NCBI GenBank assembly: GCA_046318155.1
Contig: JBKCUU010000103.1
Coordinates: 1 to 10,999 of the forward strand
Origin: Bdellovibrio sp.
GTDB taxonomy: Bacteria; Bdellovibrionota; Bdellovibrionia; Bdellovibrionales; Bdellovibrionaceae
Length of the DNA stretch: 10,999 nt
Direction of reading: 5' to 3'
In this document: piece by piece, positions 1 through 8,039 of the stretch
Position numbering within the stretch: the first letter of the stretch is position 1
How the letters are laid out: every line of letters begins with the position of its first letter
Position numbers and translations under genes: made by a program
Notes under the pieces: generated by a model
What the model was told of the DNA's origin: nothing
What the model saw: only the letters and a program-made list of their open reading frames with translations
Database searches by the model: none

Positions 1-3000
1 CCCATGCGGTGCGCTCGGTCTGTCGCTTGATTTTCGACAGCCGGATTCCACCAGGGCTCCAAGTGATAAACGATCGAGGCTTTGGTTAAGTTCAAACCCA
101 CGCCGCCGGTTTTCAGAGTCATCAGCATCACGCCGGGCTCGGGGCTGTTTTGAAATTCAGAGATCAGGCGCAGCCGCTCTTTTGAACTGACTCGCCCTTG
201 GAGCACATAAGCCGGAACTTTTAGCTTCGCCAGTTCGCGCTCGATGCGACCAAGAGTCGACAAAAACTGCGTAAACACGATCACGCTCTCGCCATTTTCG
301 AAGTGCTCGGTCAATGCTTGCAAGAAATGCTCAACCTTGACGGGCTGCTCATCATACACAACGCCCGGGATCGCGGCGGGGTCCGAACAAATTTGCCTTA
401 AGCGCATGAGGGCCGAAAACATCGCGATCTGCGCCTTGCGCTCACCTTGTTCTTGAATCAAATCTTCGACTTGCCGCGAGAAGGTCATCGCCATTTTCTT
501 GTAGATGTCTTTTTGCTTCCCGCTAAATGGGAGCAAGACTTTTTGCACGGTTTTCTCAGGTAAAGAGAGCTTCACTTGAGCCTTCGTCCGGCGTAAAAGT
601 AGGGGTTTGGAGATCAAGCGCAGCTCTTGAAGAGCTTCGGGACGGACCTCATTGTTATAGTACTTTTTACGAAACGCATCCACGTCGCCCAAGCATCCAG
701 GAACGACCAAATCACACAACGAGTAAAACTCGAGGTAATGATTCTCCATGGGCGTCCCCGTCAAGCAAACCTTGAAGGTGGCTTTGAGCTTTCGAGCTGA
801 AACCGACCTGAGTGACATGATGTTCTTTAAATTCTGGGCTTCGTCAAAGACTAGAGTCTTCCAGTCATAGGACTGAAAAAACTCGGTGTTTTCATTCAAC
901 AAACCATAGGTGGCAATCACAACCATCGAAGAATGTTGCTGAAGCTCTTCGCGGATTTGATTTTGTTCAGAGGACTGAAACACCCGAAGCGGCAAATCGG
1001 GAGCGAACTTCTTCTTCTCGTCGACCCAGTTGTACACAAGCGAGGTGGGAACGATGATGAGACTTTTCTTAAGCTCACCGCGTGCCTGCAGGCTGGTCAA
1101 GAAGGCCAGCACTTGAAAGGTTTTACCCAAACCCATTTCATCGGCCAAAATCGCGCCGAGACCTAAATGATTCAGATCATGCAGCCACTGCGCGCCTTCG
1201 AGCTGATGCGGAAGGAGCCTTTGCTTCATTTGCTCCGGAACTTCAACTTTATCGACCCCGAGACCTCGGTCAAAGTACTCAAAGATGCGGCGCCACTCGC
1301 CTTCACCCTCTATTTGCACGCCTTGCGCTCGTAGCATTAAGAGCTCGAGTGCTTGAGATTTCTCGAGGCGGTACACTTTTTCGCCGAAGCTGTCGTGCTT
1401 CATCTTGAGCTTATCGCCCTTGATGCGGTTCCAAAACCGCTGGAGTGACTTCAGCGTGGGAATCTGTTTTTTGTCGATGCGGTACATTTGACCGCGGTAT
1501 TCGACAAAGCCGACTTGATCGGGCGTAAAGTTAAAATGCACGTCTTCAGACGCGATCTTTCGGCCATTAAAAAAGATTTGTGGATGGAGATCAAACCAGT
1601 TGGCGTCTTCTTTTTGCTCACCGTCCGTCACCGAGAAAATGAACTCAAACGGATTGCTCTGGTTCAAAAACGGCGCCCCATTAAACTCGACTTCGACCCC
1701 CTGGTCGGTCAAATCAAACAGCAAAGAGATAATGGACTTGTTATAAAGCCCGATATCCACCCAAAGGAGCTCTCGTTCAAGCACAAGCTCGCCAAGGTCC
1801 TCAACGCGAGGTTCGGTCCACAGAGGAAGGGTCGCTTTAAACTTTTCGCCAATCGGTGGTTGTGCGCGAGTCAAAATCTTACCACCCGTTGCCTCGACAA
1901 AATGCAAAATTAAAAAGCGCAAAAGAGGTAGACTTTGGCTTTGCACATTTTTGACTTCACCGACATGACCTTGGTGAAAGACAAGTCCATGATCTTCTTT
2001 GATCGCTTCATGCATTTTTTCGACAAAGTCCAAAAATAAGCTCCGCACTTCAGGCGAGAGCAAATTTTCGAACTGAACCCCGGGCTTACCAACGAGACCC
2101 GGGATTGAAGCTTTCAAATATTTAAGAACCCGTTCGAATTGCCAATCTAGTTCGGGTGCATCTGGGTCCTCGGGGTAAGCAATCACTTCACCTGAGGTCA
2201 AGGCGCGGCCTAAACGCCAATTCACCAACTCAAGCAGACAAAAAAGAGTCAGACCTTGATGACGCAAAAACAAAAGATCATTCGTGCGAAACTGCACCTT
2301 GTTGGAAGCCGCCAATTTGCGGTCCAAATTAAAAAAACGATCAAGCCCGCCCAAAAACGGAACCAGCACGGGTGCCAAGGAGGTCGGAAAGTTCCCGTGC
2401 CGAACTTGCATCGACGGCACATCAAAGTGCACCGCCATCTGCAAAGTCCCCTCGGACTCGCGCAGCTTGAGCGCTGGTTTAAAATCAGCTCCGGCGATCA
2501 ACGTATGATCGACGAAAAAAATATGATCTGAACCCACCGTTTGCTTTAGGCGTGCCAAGGTCTTTGCGATTTCTTTGGCGTTGGATTCTTTATTCAAAAA
2601 CCGAGGCTCCCATTGCCAGTCGTCGCGGGCGCGCTTGGCGAGCGTGTCGAATTCTTTGATTGAAGGGGTGATGGCCCGGGCGGTTTGGCTTTGTAAATCG
2701 CCGAATGAACCCACGGCATGCAGTAAAAGGGTATTCATAGGCCGGTCCTTGGCGAGACCCTCCCACAACGTGATCCGCGCCGTATTGTCAGCCTCTGCAT
2801 CGGCTTGCACGGTCACGGCAACGGGCCGAGCTTTTAGAAACTCGAGATCCCGAAGTGAGTACCCAGCACGCTTTTCTGAATTTTCGGCCCACACAACCTC
2901 GAGGTCACCGACCTGGCGCTGCCGCTGAAATGACCAAGCCAGGATCTCGAGAATCACAAACCAGGTTTTGCGAAACTCCTCTTGCCGCTTTTGATACTCA

Positions 3001-3494
3001 AGAACTTTAAGGGTTGCGACAAAGTCATCACCAAAGGGCCCCTCTAAAACACGGGTCCAATTGGCACTTCGGTCCAACAGATAATATTGCGGATTCACAA
3101 AAAGCGGGAGACCCGCGCGTCTGGCCGCGCCGACAAGCGACAGGCACTCGCCATCATCAAAATGAAGTTCAATTGATTGCGCTAAAAGCGTCAGTGCCGT
3201 GGGATGAACTTTGAACGCACTTAAATCATGGCCCGAAAAAAGAGTCCAATACAGCTCACGCGAGTAAGAGTGGCTGCGGATACGCACCTCGCGTGTTTCT
3301 TCATCGCTCGGGACCAAGGGCTTCACTCGGCTCTTCGGGGCAAGTTCAATCCGGGTCGATGGCTCACCCAAAAACTCCCCATTGAGCACGGAAGGGGGCG
3401 GCGTAAAAACCACGCGCTTCAGGCCTGCTAAGTCCATCGTCATTGGATTTTGCGAGGCCAACCAATGAACTTTAATGAGGGGTTTGAGCTTCAT
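1..3494 (-). CDS. SNF2/SWI2-family (SF2) helicase/ATPase, >1160 aa, 3' end outside the window
   Basis: Manual translation of the minus frame from ATG 3494 (GGAAGG 8 nt upstream). Motif I [15 protein letters not shown] (~1115-1160), motif II [11 protein letters not shown] (~825-855), motif III [8 protein letters not shown] (~745-765), motif VI [20 protein letters not shown] (1-59), and [13 protein letters not shown] (~1563-1601) upstream of the ATPase core. No stop seen in the translated stretches, and the ORF track has no closed ORF in this frame. Confidence 0.95.
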   Translation of the reverse strand, partial: [1164 protein letters not shown]

Positions 3495-3573
3495 GAAAAC
3501 AGCCTTCCGATACCCGAGACAAAAGAACAACCGGGAATCGCTCAGTGTAGTGCACGAATGGCATTTGATCTAG

Positions 3574-3604
3574 AAAAACTAACGGGCGTTTCTGGCCCCC
3601 GTCA
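3574..3604 (-). terminator. Possible weak intrinsic terminator between the FlaR-like gene and the SNF2 gene
   Basis: Minus strand reads TGACGGG-(11 nt)-CCCGTTA-G-TTTTT: a 7-bp stem with one G-U pair, a large loop and a short U tract. Confidence 0.25.
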
Positions 3605-3655
3605 CTCGCGTATTGTGTTGTGAGAATGCCGAAGGTCTGCTACCTTGCCCGGCCT

Positions 3656-4198
3656 TCAGATCGAAGCGCGGAGCCCTTCGTCGAAGATTTGGTTCCATTG
3701 TTTTTTGTTTCTGATGTAAATGACCTTGGGCGCAAGTTCAGGACGCTGAAGAATTCGCAGCATCTCGGGCCGCATTTTCTCGTGCACGGTTTTAAGCGTT
3801 TTAAAGAGCTTGCGCGTTTGCGCCCAAGACGTTTCGCTGCAACCGGCTGGAAGCTCGGCGCGCGGGGACCAGTAGTTTTTGAGCTGCCGCTTGGTACACC
3901 ACCAAGCGTGATGCCACAAAGGAAAATCAAGCATGACAATTTGGTCCGCCAGGCCCAGCCGCTCTTCAAGAATATCAAGCGGTCCATAGCCGTCGATGAT
4001 CCACTCGTCTTGAGTTTGAACCTCGTCCAAAATTTCGATCGATTGAGCGTGGGGGCGGATTTTCATACCGGGCAAGAACTGAACCGAGTCGACATGCGTG
4101 ACCGGAAGTCCATGAAGCTTCGCCAGACGCCGGGCCAGCGTCGTCTTACCGCCGCCCGTGTTGCCAATGATTGCAATTTTTTGAAGACTCTTTGCCAT
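3656..4198 (-). CDS. FlaR-like 'topology modulation protein' / adenylate-kinase-like P-loop NTPase
   Basis: KIAIIGNTGGGKTTLARRL (Walker A), followed by LPVTHVD, WIIDGYG and ADQIVMLDFP, the usual pattern of this ~170-180 aa family. ATG at 4198; alternative GTG at 4207. Confidence 0.85.
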   Translation of the reverse strand: MAKSLQKIAIIGNTGGGKTTLARRLAKLHGLPVTHVDSVQFLPGMKIRPHAQSIEILDEVQTQDEWIIDGYGPLDILEERLGLADQIVMLDFPLWHHAWWCTKRQLKNYWSPRAELPAGCSETSWAQTRKLFKTLKTVHEKMRPEMLRILQRPELAPKVIYIRNKKQWNQIFDEGLRASI

Positions 4199-4235
4199 AC
4201 TTCTCACGAACCTTCACACGCCTTGATCGAAAACA

Positions 4236-5399
4236 TTAAACCTGAACTCTAATTTTGGACGCAGCTGTCCGTGCTTTGCGGCGCGCTTCATTGGTGTCTT
4301 TGCCACGAGCCAAGGCCACGCCCATCCGGCGGTAAGGCTTTGTGGTCGGCTTACCAAACAGGCGCACGTCGGTTTGCTTGGCCGCCAGGGCTCCGCGCAG
4401 ACCCGTGATTTCAAAATCTTCACTCTCTGACGAAGCTAAAATCACGGCCGAAGCGCTGGCTCCCCAATAACTGATTTGAGGGATCGGCAAACCTAAAATC
4501 GCGCGCAAATGCAGATCAAACTCACTCAGGTCTTGTGAAACAAGAGTGACCATTCCAGTGTCATGCGGCCGCGGCGAGAGCTCCGAAAAAAAAATGTCTG
4601 TTTTGGTTAAAAAGAATTCGACGCCAAAAAGACCAGCGCCGCCCAAATAGTCGGTCACCTTCTTGGCCATGACTTGAGCTTTTTTGAGTTTGGCTGGCGA
4701 GACCCGGGCCGGAAGCCAAGACTCTTGATAGTCGCCGCGCTCTTGCCGATGCCCGATGGGCCGGACAAACAAGGTGGGGCCTTTTTTTTGTTTGATCGTG
4801 AGCAAAGTGATCTCGGATTCGAAGTTGATAAACTCCTCGACGATGACTCTTTGTTGATCGCCGCGCTTTCCTGCAGCGGCAAAGTCCCAGGCTTGGCGAA
4901 CTTGGGCTGGCGACTTCACCACGGATTGACCTTTTCCAGAAGAGGACATCACGGGTTTGACCACGTTGGGATAACCGATCTCGTCGCTCATTTTTTGCAA
5001 CTCTTCAAAAGACTCGGCATAACGAAATTGGGCGGTCTTGAGCTTCAGCTTTTTGGCGGCCACATCACGAATGGCGTCACGGTTCATGGTCAAGTGTGCC
5101 GCTTTTGCCGTCGGAACGACTTGCACTCCATGGTCTTCGAATTCTTTGAGCTTCTCGGTCCGGATGGCCTCGATCTCAGGAACGATGATGTCGGGCTTGT
5201 GTTGCTTGACAACTCGCTCGAGCTCGTCGGCGTCGAGCATATCGATGACTTCAAAATGATCGGCGACCTGCATGGCTGGGGCCCCTGCATAGCGATCAAC
5301 GGCGACCACGGTCAGACCTAGACGTTGGGCCGAGATCACGAATTCTTTTCCGAGCTCGCCAGAGCCCAGGAGCATGATTTTAGGATCTGATTTTTTCAT
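4236..5399 (-). CDS. purT: Formate-dependent phosphoribosylglycinamide formyltransferase (GAR transformylase 2, ATP-grasp)
   Basis: [89 protein letters not shown]. Start set at ATG 5399 (387 aa), where family similarity begins, not at TTG 5546. Confidence 0.97.
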   Translation of the reverse strand: MKKSDPKIMLLGSGELGKEFVISAQRLGLTVVAVDRYAGAPAMQVADHFEVIDMLDADELERVVKQHKPDIIVPEIEAIRTEKLKEFEDHGVQVVPTAKAAHLTMNRDAIRDVAAKKLKLKTAQFRYAESFEELQKMSDEIGYPNVVKPVMSSSGKGQSVVKSPAQVRQAWDFAAAGKRGDQQRVIVEEFINFESEITLLTIKQKKGPTLFVRPIGHRQERGDYQESWLPARVSPAKLKKAQVMAKKVTDYLGGAGLFGVEFFLTKTDIFFSELSPRPHDTGMVTLVSQDLSEFDLHLRAILGLPIPQISYWGASASAVILASSESEDFEITGLRGALAAKQTDVRLFGKPTTKPYRRMGVALARGKDTNEARRKARTAASKIRVQV

Positions 5400-5462
5400 A
5401 GCGCTAGCTTGGCCAAAGGCGCGGATGCGCTCAAGCCCGAAGCGACCTAACGCACAAAGACT

Positions 5463-5482
5463 TTGAATTCTCAAGAATTCAA
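5463..5482. promoter_or_regulatory. Perfect dyad, operator-like site in the purT/protease divergent region
   Basis: TTGAATTCT-CA-AGAATTCAA: 9-bp perfect inverted repeat with a 2-nt spacer, 64 nt upstream of the purT start. Confidence 0.35.
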
Positions 5483-5497
5483 GACCCTTGTTTCGTT

Positions 5498-5653
5498 GTG
5501 GCGGTGGGCTATCGCAAGCCACTCGTCGCGCTGAGCGCCTGCTCAAAAGATGAAGAACAAAGTAAATGCGTTGAATCCGGCTTCAATCATTTTATTTCCA
5601 AATCCCTTCAACCGGGAACGCTGATCAGCTTTCTTTACCAGATCTACAAATAG
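5498..5653 (+). pseudogene. C-terminal half of a response-regulator receiver (REC) domain, probable relic
   Basis: Translates [51 protein letters not shown] (TAG 5651-5653). Aligns without gaps to beta4-alpha5 of the REC domain of the kinase in this window (14/39 identical by manual count). Acidic pocket and phospho-Asp are absent, and the conserved KP reads KS. Confidence 0.75.
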
Positions 5654-5802
5654 GTTGCACTGGTTACGACAGAAGTCCGGATTTCCTCTCTCGAATTGAA
5701 CTTCAAATGTGGGCCCTAAGAAAAGGCGGTAAAATCTCTCGTGGTCTTCGAGGGGAGATCACTTATCAATGATCTCATGGACTGAGATCCGAGGGGGAAA
5801 AT

Positions 5803-6564
5803 ATGAATTTTGTAAACCACCTGGTTGTGGCTGGGGCTCTTTTTGCCGCCACAACGGCCTTTGCTGCTCCACAGTTTGGGCAAAAAATAGTTGGAGGAAC
5901 CGAGGCTTCGATCGGCGAATTTCCGTTCATCGTGTCTTTGCAACAAGGATCCAGTCACTTCTGCGGTGGCTCGTTGATCAAGAAAGACTGGGTTTTGACC
6001 GCTGCCCACTGTGTAAAGGGCGGAACCGTCAGTAAAGTTGTGATTGGTCTTCACAATCGCACAGATTTAAAAAACGCCGAGGCGATCAAGCCCAAGCGGA
6101 TCATCGCGCATCCTCAGTACAACAGCCGCACGATGGACTACGACTACGCTTTGATCCAATTGGCCCGCGAATCTTCATACACTCCCGTGGACGTGAATGC
6201 GGATGATCTTGAAAAGGCCGCACCGGGATTATTGCTCACGACGGCAGGATGGGGCGCAACGAGCGAAGGTTCTTACTCACTCCCCAACTTGTTACAAAAA
6301 GTTGAAGTCCCATTCGTAACAAAAACGGAGTGCCTAAAAGCTTATGCAGATGTCACTGATCGAATGATCTGCGCGGGACTCGATACGGGCGGCAAAGACT
6401 CTTGCCAAGGCGATAGCGGCGGACCTTTGATCGCACGCAACGGCAGCGATTTTACTTTGGTCGGCGTTGTGAGCTGGGGCGAGGGCTGCGCACGTCCCAA
6501 CAAATACGGCGTTTACTCAAGCGTTTCTGCCGTGATTCCCTGGATCAATCAGACGGCTCAGTAA
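5803..6564 (+). CDS. Secreted trypsin-like serine protease (peptidase S1A)
   Basis: Signal peptide ending ...TAFA, mature N-terminus IVGG, catalytic triad motifs LTAAHC / DYALIQL / GDSGGP, S1 Asp in KDSCQGDS, 6 Cys. RBS-like GAGGGGG at 5791-5797. Confidence 0.97.
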   Translation: MNFVNHLVVAGALFAATTAFAAPQFGQKIVGGTEASIGEFPFIVSLQQGSSHFCGGSLIKKDWVLTAAHCVKGGTVSKVVIGLHNRTDLKNAEAIKPKRIIAHPQYNSRTMDYDYALIQLARESSYTPVDVNADDLEKAAPGLLLTTAGWGATSEGSYSLPNLLQKVEVPFVTKTECLKAYADVTDRMICAGLDTGGKDSCQGDSGGPLIARNGSDFTLVGVVSWGEGCARPNKYGVYSSVSAVIPWINQTAQ

Positions 6565-6599
6565 AAAACAGAACGTTCAGCAAATGCATGTTGAAAGAC

Positions 6600-6630
6600 A
6601 AAGCCCTGGCCCTGTGCCGGGGCTTTTTAT
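6600..6630 (+). terminator. Rho-independent terminator after the protease gene
   Basis: AAAGCCCTGGC-CCTGT-GCCGGGGCTTT followed by TTATTACTTTTT. Confidence 0.85.
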
Positions 6631-6662
6631 TACTTTTTGAGGCAAATTGTCTCAGCCCAGGC

Positions 6663-6691
6663 TCGCCGCTGTGACGACAAGCTGGTATCCT
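6663..6691 (+). promoter_or_regulatory. Candidate sigma70-type promoter of the CBS gene
   Basis: TCGCCG (6663-6668), 17 nt spacer, TATCCT (6686-6691) preceded by TGn (extended -10). Pattern match only. Confidence 0.3.
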
Positions 6692-6740
6692 TCTTGCTTA
6701 CCTCAAAATTGTAACAACTTTTTTTTAAAGGAGGTCTTCA

Positions 6741-7214
6741 ATGGCTTTGACGACTGTGCAATTAGCGATGACCAAAAAGCTCATCTCCGTTCCAATGGGA
6801 ACTCCCGTTCCCACTGCGATCGAACTCATGGAAGAAAAACGCATTCGTCACCTTCCGATTGTGGATGCGATGGGTGACATCGTGGGCATGCTTTCAAATC
6901 GAGATGTGGCCAATTGCGATGACCTCAAGAGAATTCCGGTCGAACTTTTCATGACCAGTCCGGTAGAATTTATCGATGAACAGACGCCACTCAAAACAGC
7001 CGCCTTAAAAATGCTTGAAAACAAAATTTCGTGCCTACTTGTTTCAGACAAAGACGAAAATGCAGTTGGAATTTTGACGACGGATGATCTGCTCTGGTAT
7101 TTGACGCATCTTTTGAAAGATGACGAACTACAAGAGGAAAAAGGTTTTGGCACAGTCATCAACAAAGAAACTGTCGGGCAAGTCGCCAATCAACTCAGCA
7201 ATATGGGAATCTGA
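6741..7214 (+). CDS. Stand-alone CBS-pair (Bateman module) protein
   Basis: TVQLAMTKKLISV...MEEKRIRHLPIVD...IVGMLSNRD and PVELFMTSPVEFI...MLENKISCLLV...VGILTTDDLL. Strong RBS AAGGAGG at 6728-6734. Confidence 0.93.
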   Translation: MALTTVQLAMTKKLISVPMGTPVPTAIELMEEKRIRHLPIVDAMGDIVGMLSNRDVANCDDLKRIPVELFMTSPVEFIDEQTPLKTAALKMLENKISCLLVSDKDENAVGILTTDDLLWYLTHLLKDDELQEEKGFGTVINKETVGQVANQLSNMGI

Positions 7215-7264
7215 AGCGAGCACCTAAAAATTGTCTATTTTGCCCGTCCAACATCCAAATAAAC

Positions 7265-7300
7265 TTTGAAGAGGAGCGAGAGCTCCTCTTTGAATTTTTT
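7265..7300 (+). terminator. Rho-independent terminator after the CBS gene
   Basis: AAGAGGAGC (7269-7277), GAGA tetraloop, GCTCCTCTT (7282-7290), then TGAATTTTTT. Confidence 0.8.
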
Positions 7301-7513
7301 CTTCGGTATCCCTTGCCCTTGAGGAAGTCCCGTTCCCAGGACCACGCCTCGCATGGCCTGGATCAAAACAAATACTGGGTCCCTCAATCGAATTTCATTT
7401 CATTTAATTTCACCCGCGACGTTCATAAAACGCTGCGGCATGGAATCAAAACGGTCTGCACTTTAGAAATTGGAAGGCAGACTAAAACCATTGGATTTTT
7501 GACGGCTAAAAAT

Positions 7514-7621
7514 GCCCATCACAATCACCATCATCAGATTTCGCGCGGCAACTACGCTCTGTATTTTACGTTCTGGGATAAGGCGATGGGCACCGACTCG
7601 GAGACTCTGGCAGGTGGTTAA
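7514..7621 (+). pseudogene. C-terminal fragment of a sterol desaturase / fatty-acid hydroxylase superfamily gene
   Basis: AHHNHHHQISRGNYALYFTFWDKAMGTD...* matches the family's last His box plus the NYGxxFxxWDxxxGT signature. The upstream part of ORF 7313..7621 has no TM helices or earlier His boxes. Confidence 0.75.
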
Positions 7622-8039
7622 TCGGGACGCTGGCTCTGGCCCATCGACTCACGCTCGAAGTTCTGAAAAAACTTGAGAACCTCAGTGAACAAGATATTGA
7701 GGATTATCTCAAATTGCGTGACCAGCGTGCCCGTTGCGAAAAAGCCGAAAATATTCTGCCCCAGCTTTTGCAGATTTTATTGGTTGACCTCGGCGTTTGA
7801 CTCGAAGAAGGACAACTTGCACAGCTGCATGATCATGGCAGTCGCCAGCAGCACTCAAGAGCGGAAGCACCAAGGGGCTGCTGCAGGCTCTACCCACGCT
7901 GAAGCGTTTTTCGCGTCCTTGCCGAGCTGAGCCGCAAGTGTTAAGAAATCTGAAGAGTTCACCCAAGAAATCAGGGTCTGATTTGGACTGCATGCAAGGT
8001 CAAATGTGTCGATAATGACTCATGGGTAAGGAGGTCAAA

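Noticed and set aside
244..3431. Numerous short plus-strand ORFs and minus ORF 1910..2092
   Set aside because: Shadows or alternative frames of the SNF2 gene, with no recognisable motifs.
1..4198. SNF2 helicase plus P-loop protein as an anti-phage defence module
   Set aside because: No nuclease, methylase or other defence-associated partner is visible, and the context is housekeeping. Genes downstream of SNF2 are outside the window, so this cannot be fully excluded.
4586..4594. A9 homopolymer in purT as a phase-variation tract
   Set aside because: It encodes an ordinary IFFS segment with the frame intact in a housekeeping gene, and similar tracts occur elsewhere in the window.
3620..5321. 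ORFs 3620..4252 (+), 4674..5321 (+) and other overlapping short ORFs
   Set aside because: Antisense or out-of-frame shadows of the FlaR-like gene and purT.
5400..5546. 49-codon N-terminal extension of PurT, or a purine/ZTP riboswitch upstream of purT
   Set aside because: PurT similarity starts at ATG 5399, part of the region is explained by the opposite-strand REC relic, and I recognise no riboswitch consensus (an Rfam scan would settle it).
7673..7993. ORFs 7673..7930 (+) and 7709..7993 (-)
   Set aside because: No RBS, no motifs and atypical composition; cannot be supported as genes.
7983..8016. Sigma28-like GTCGATAA or sigma70-like GATAAT upstream of Hpt
   Set aside because: No matching -35 element at the correct spacing.
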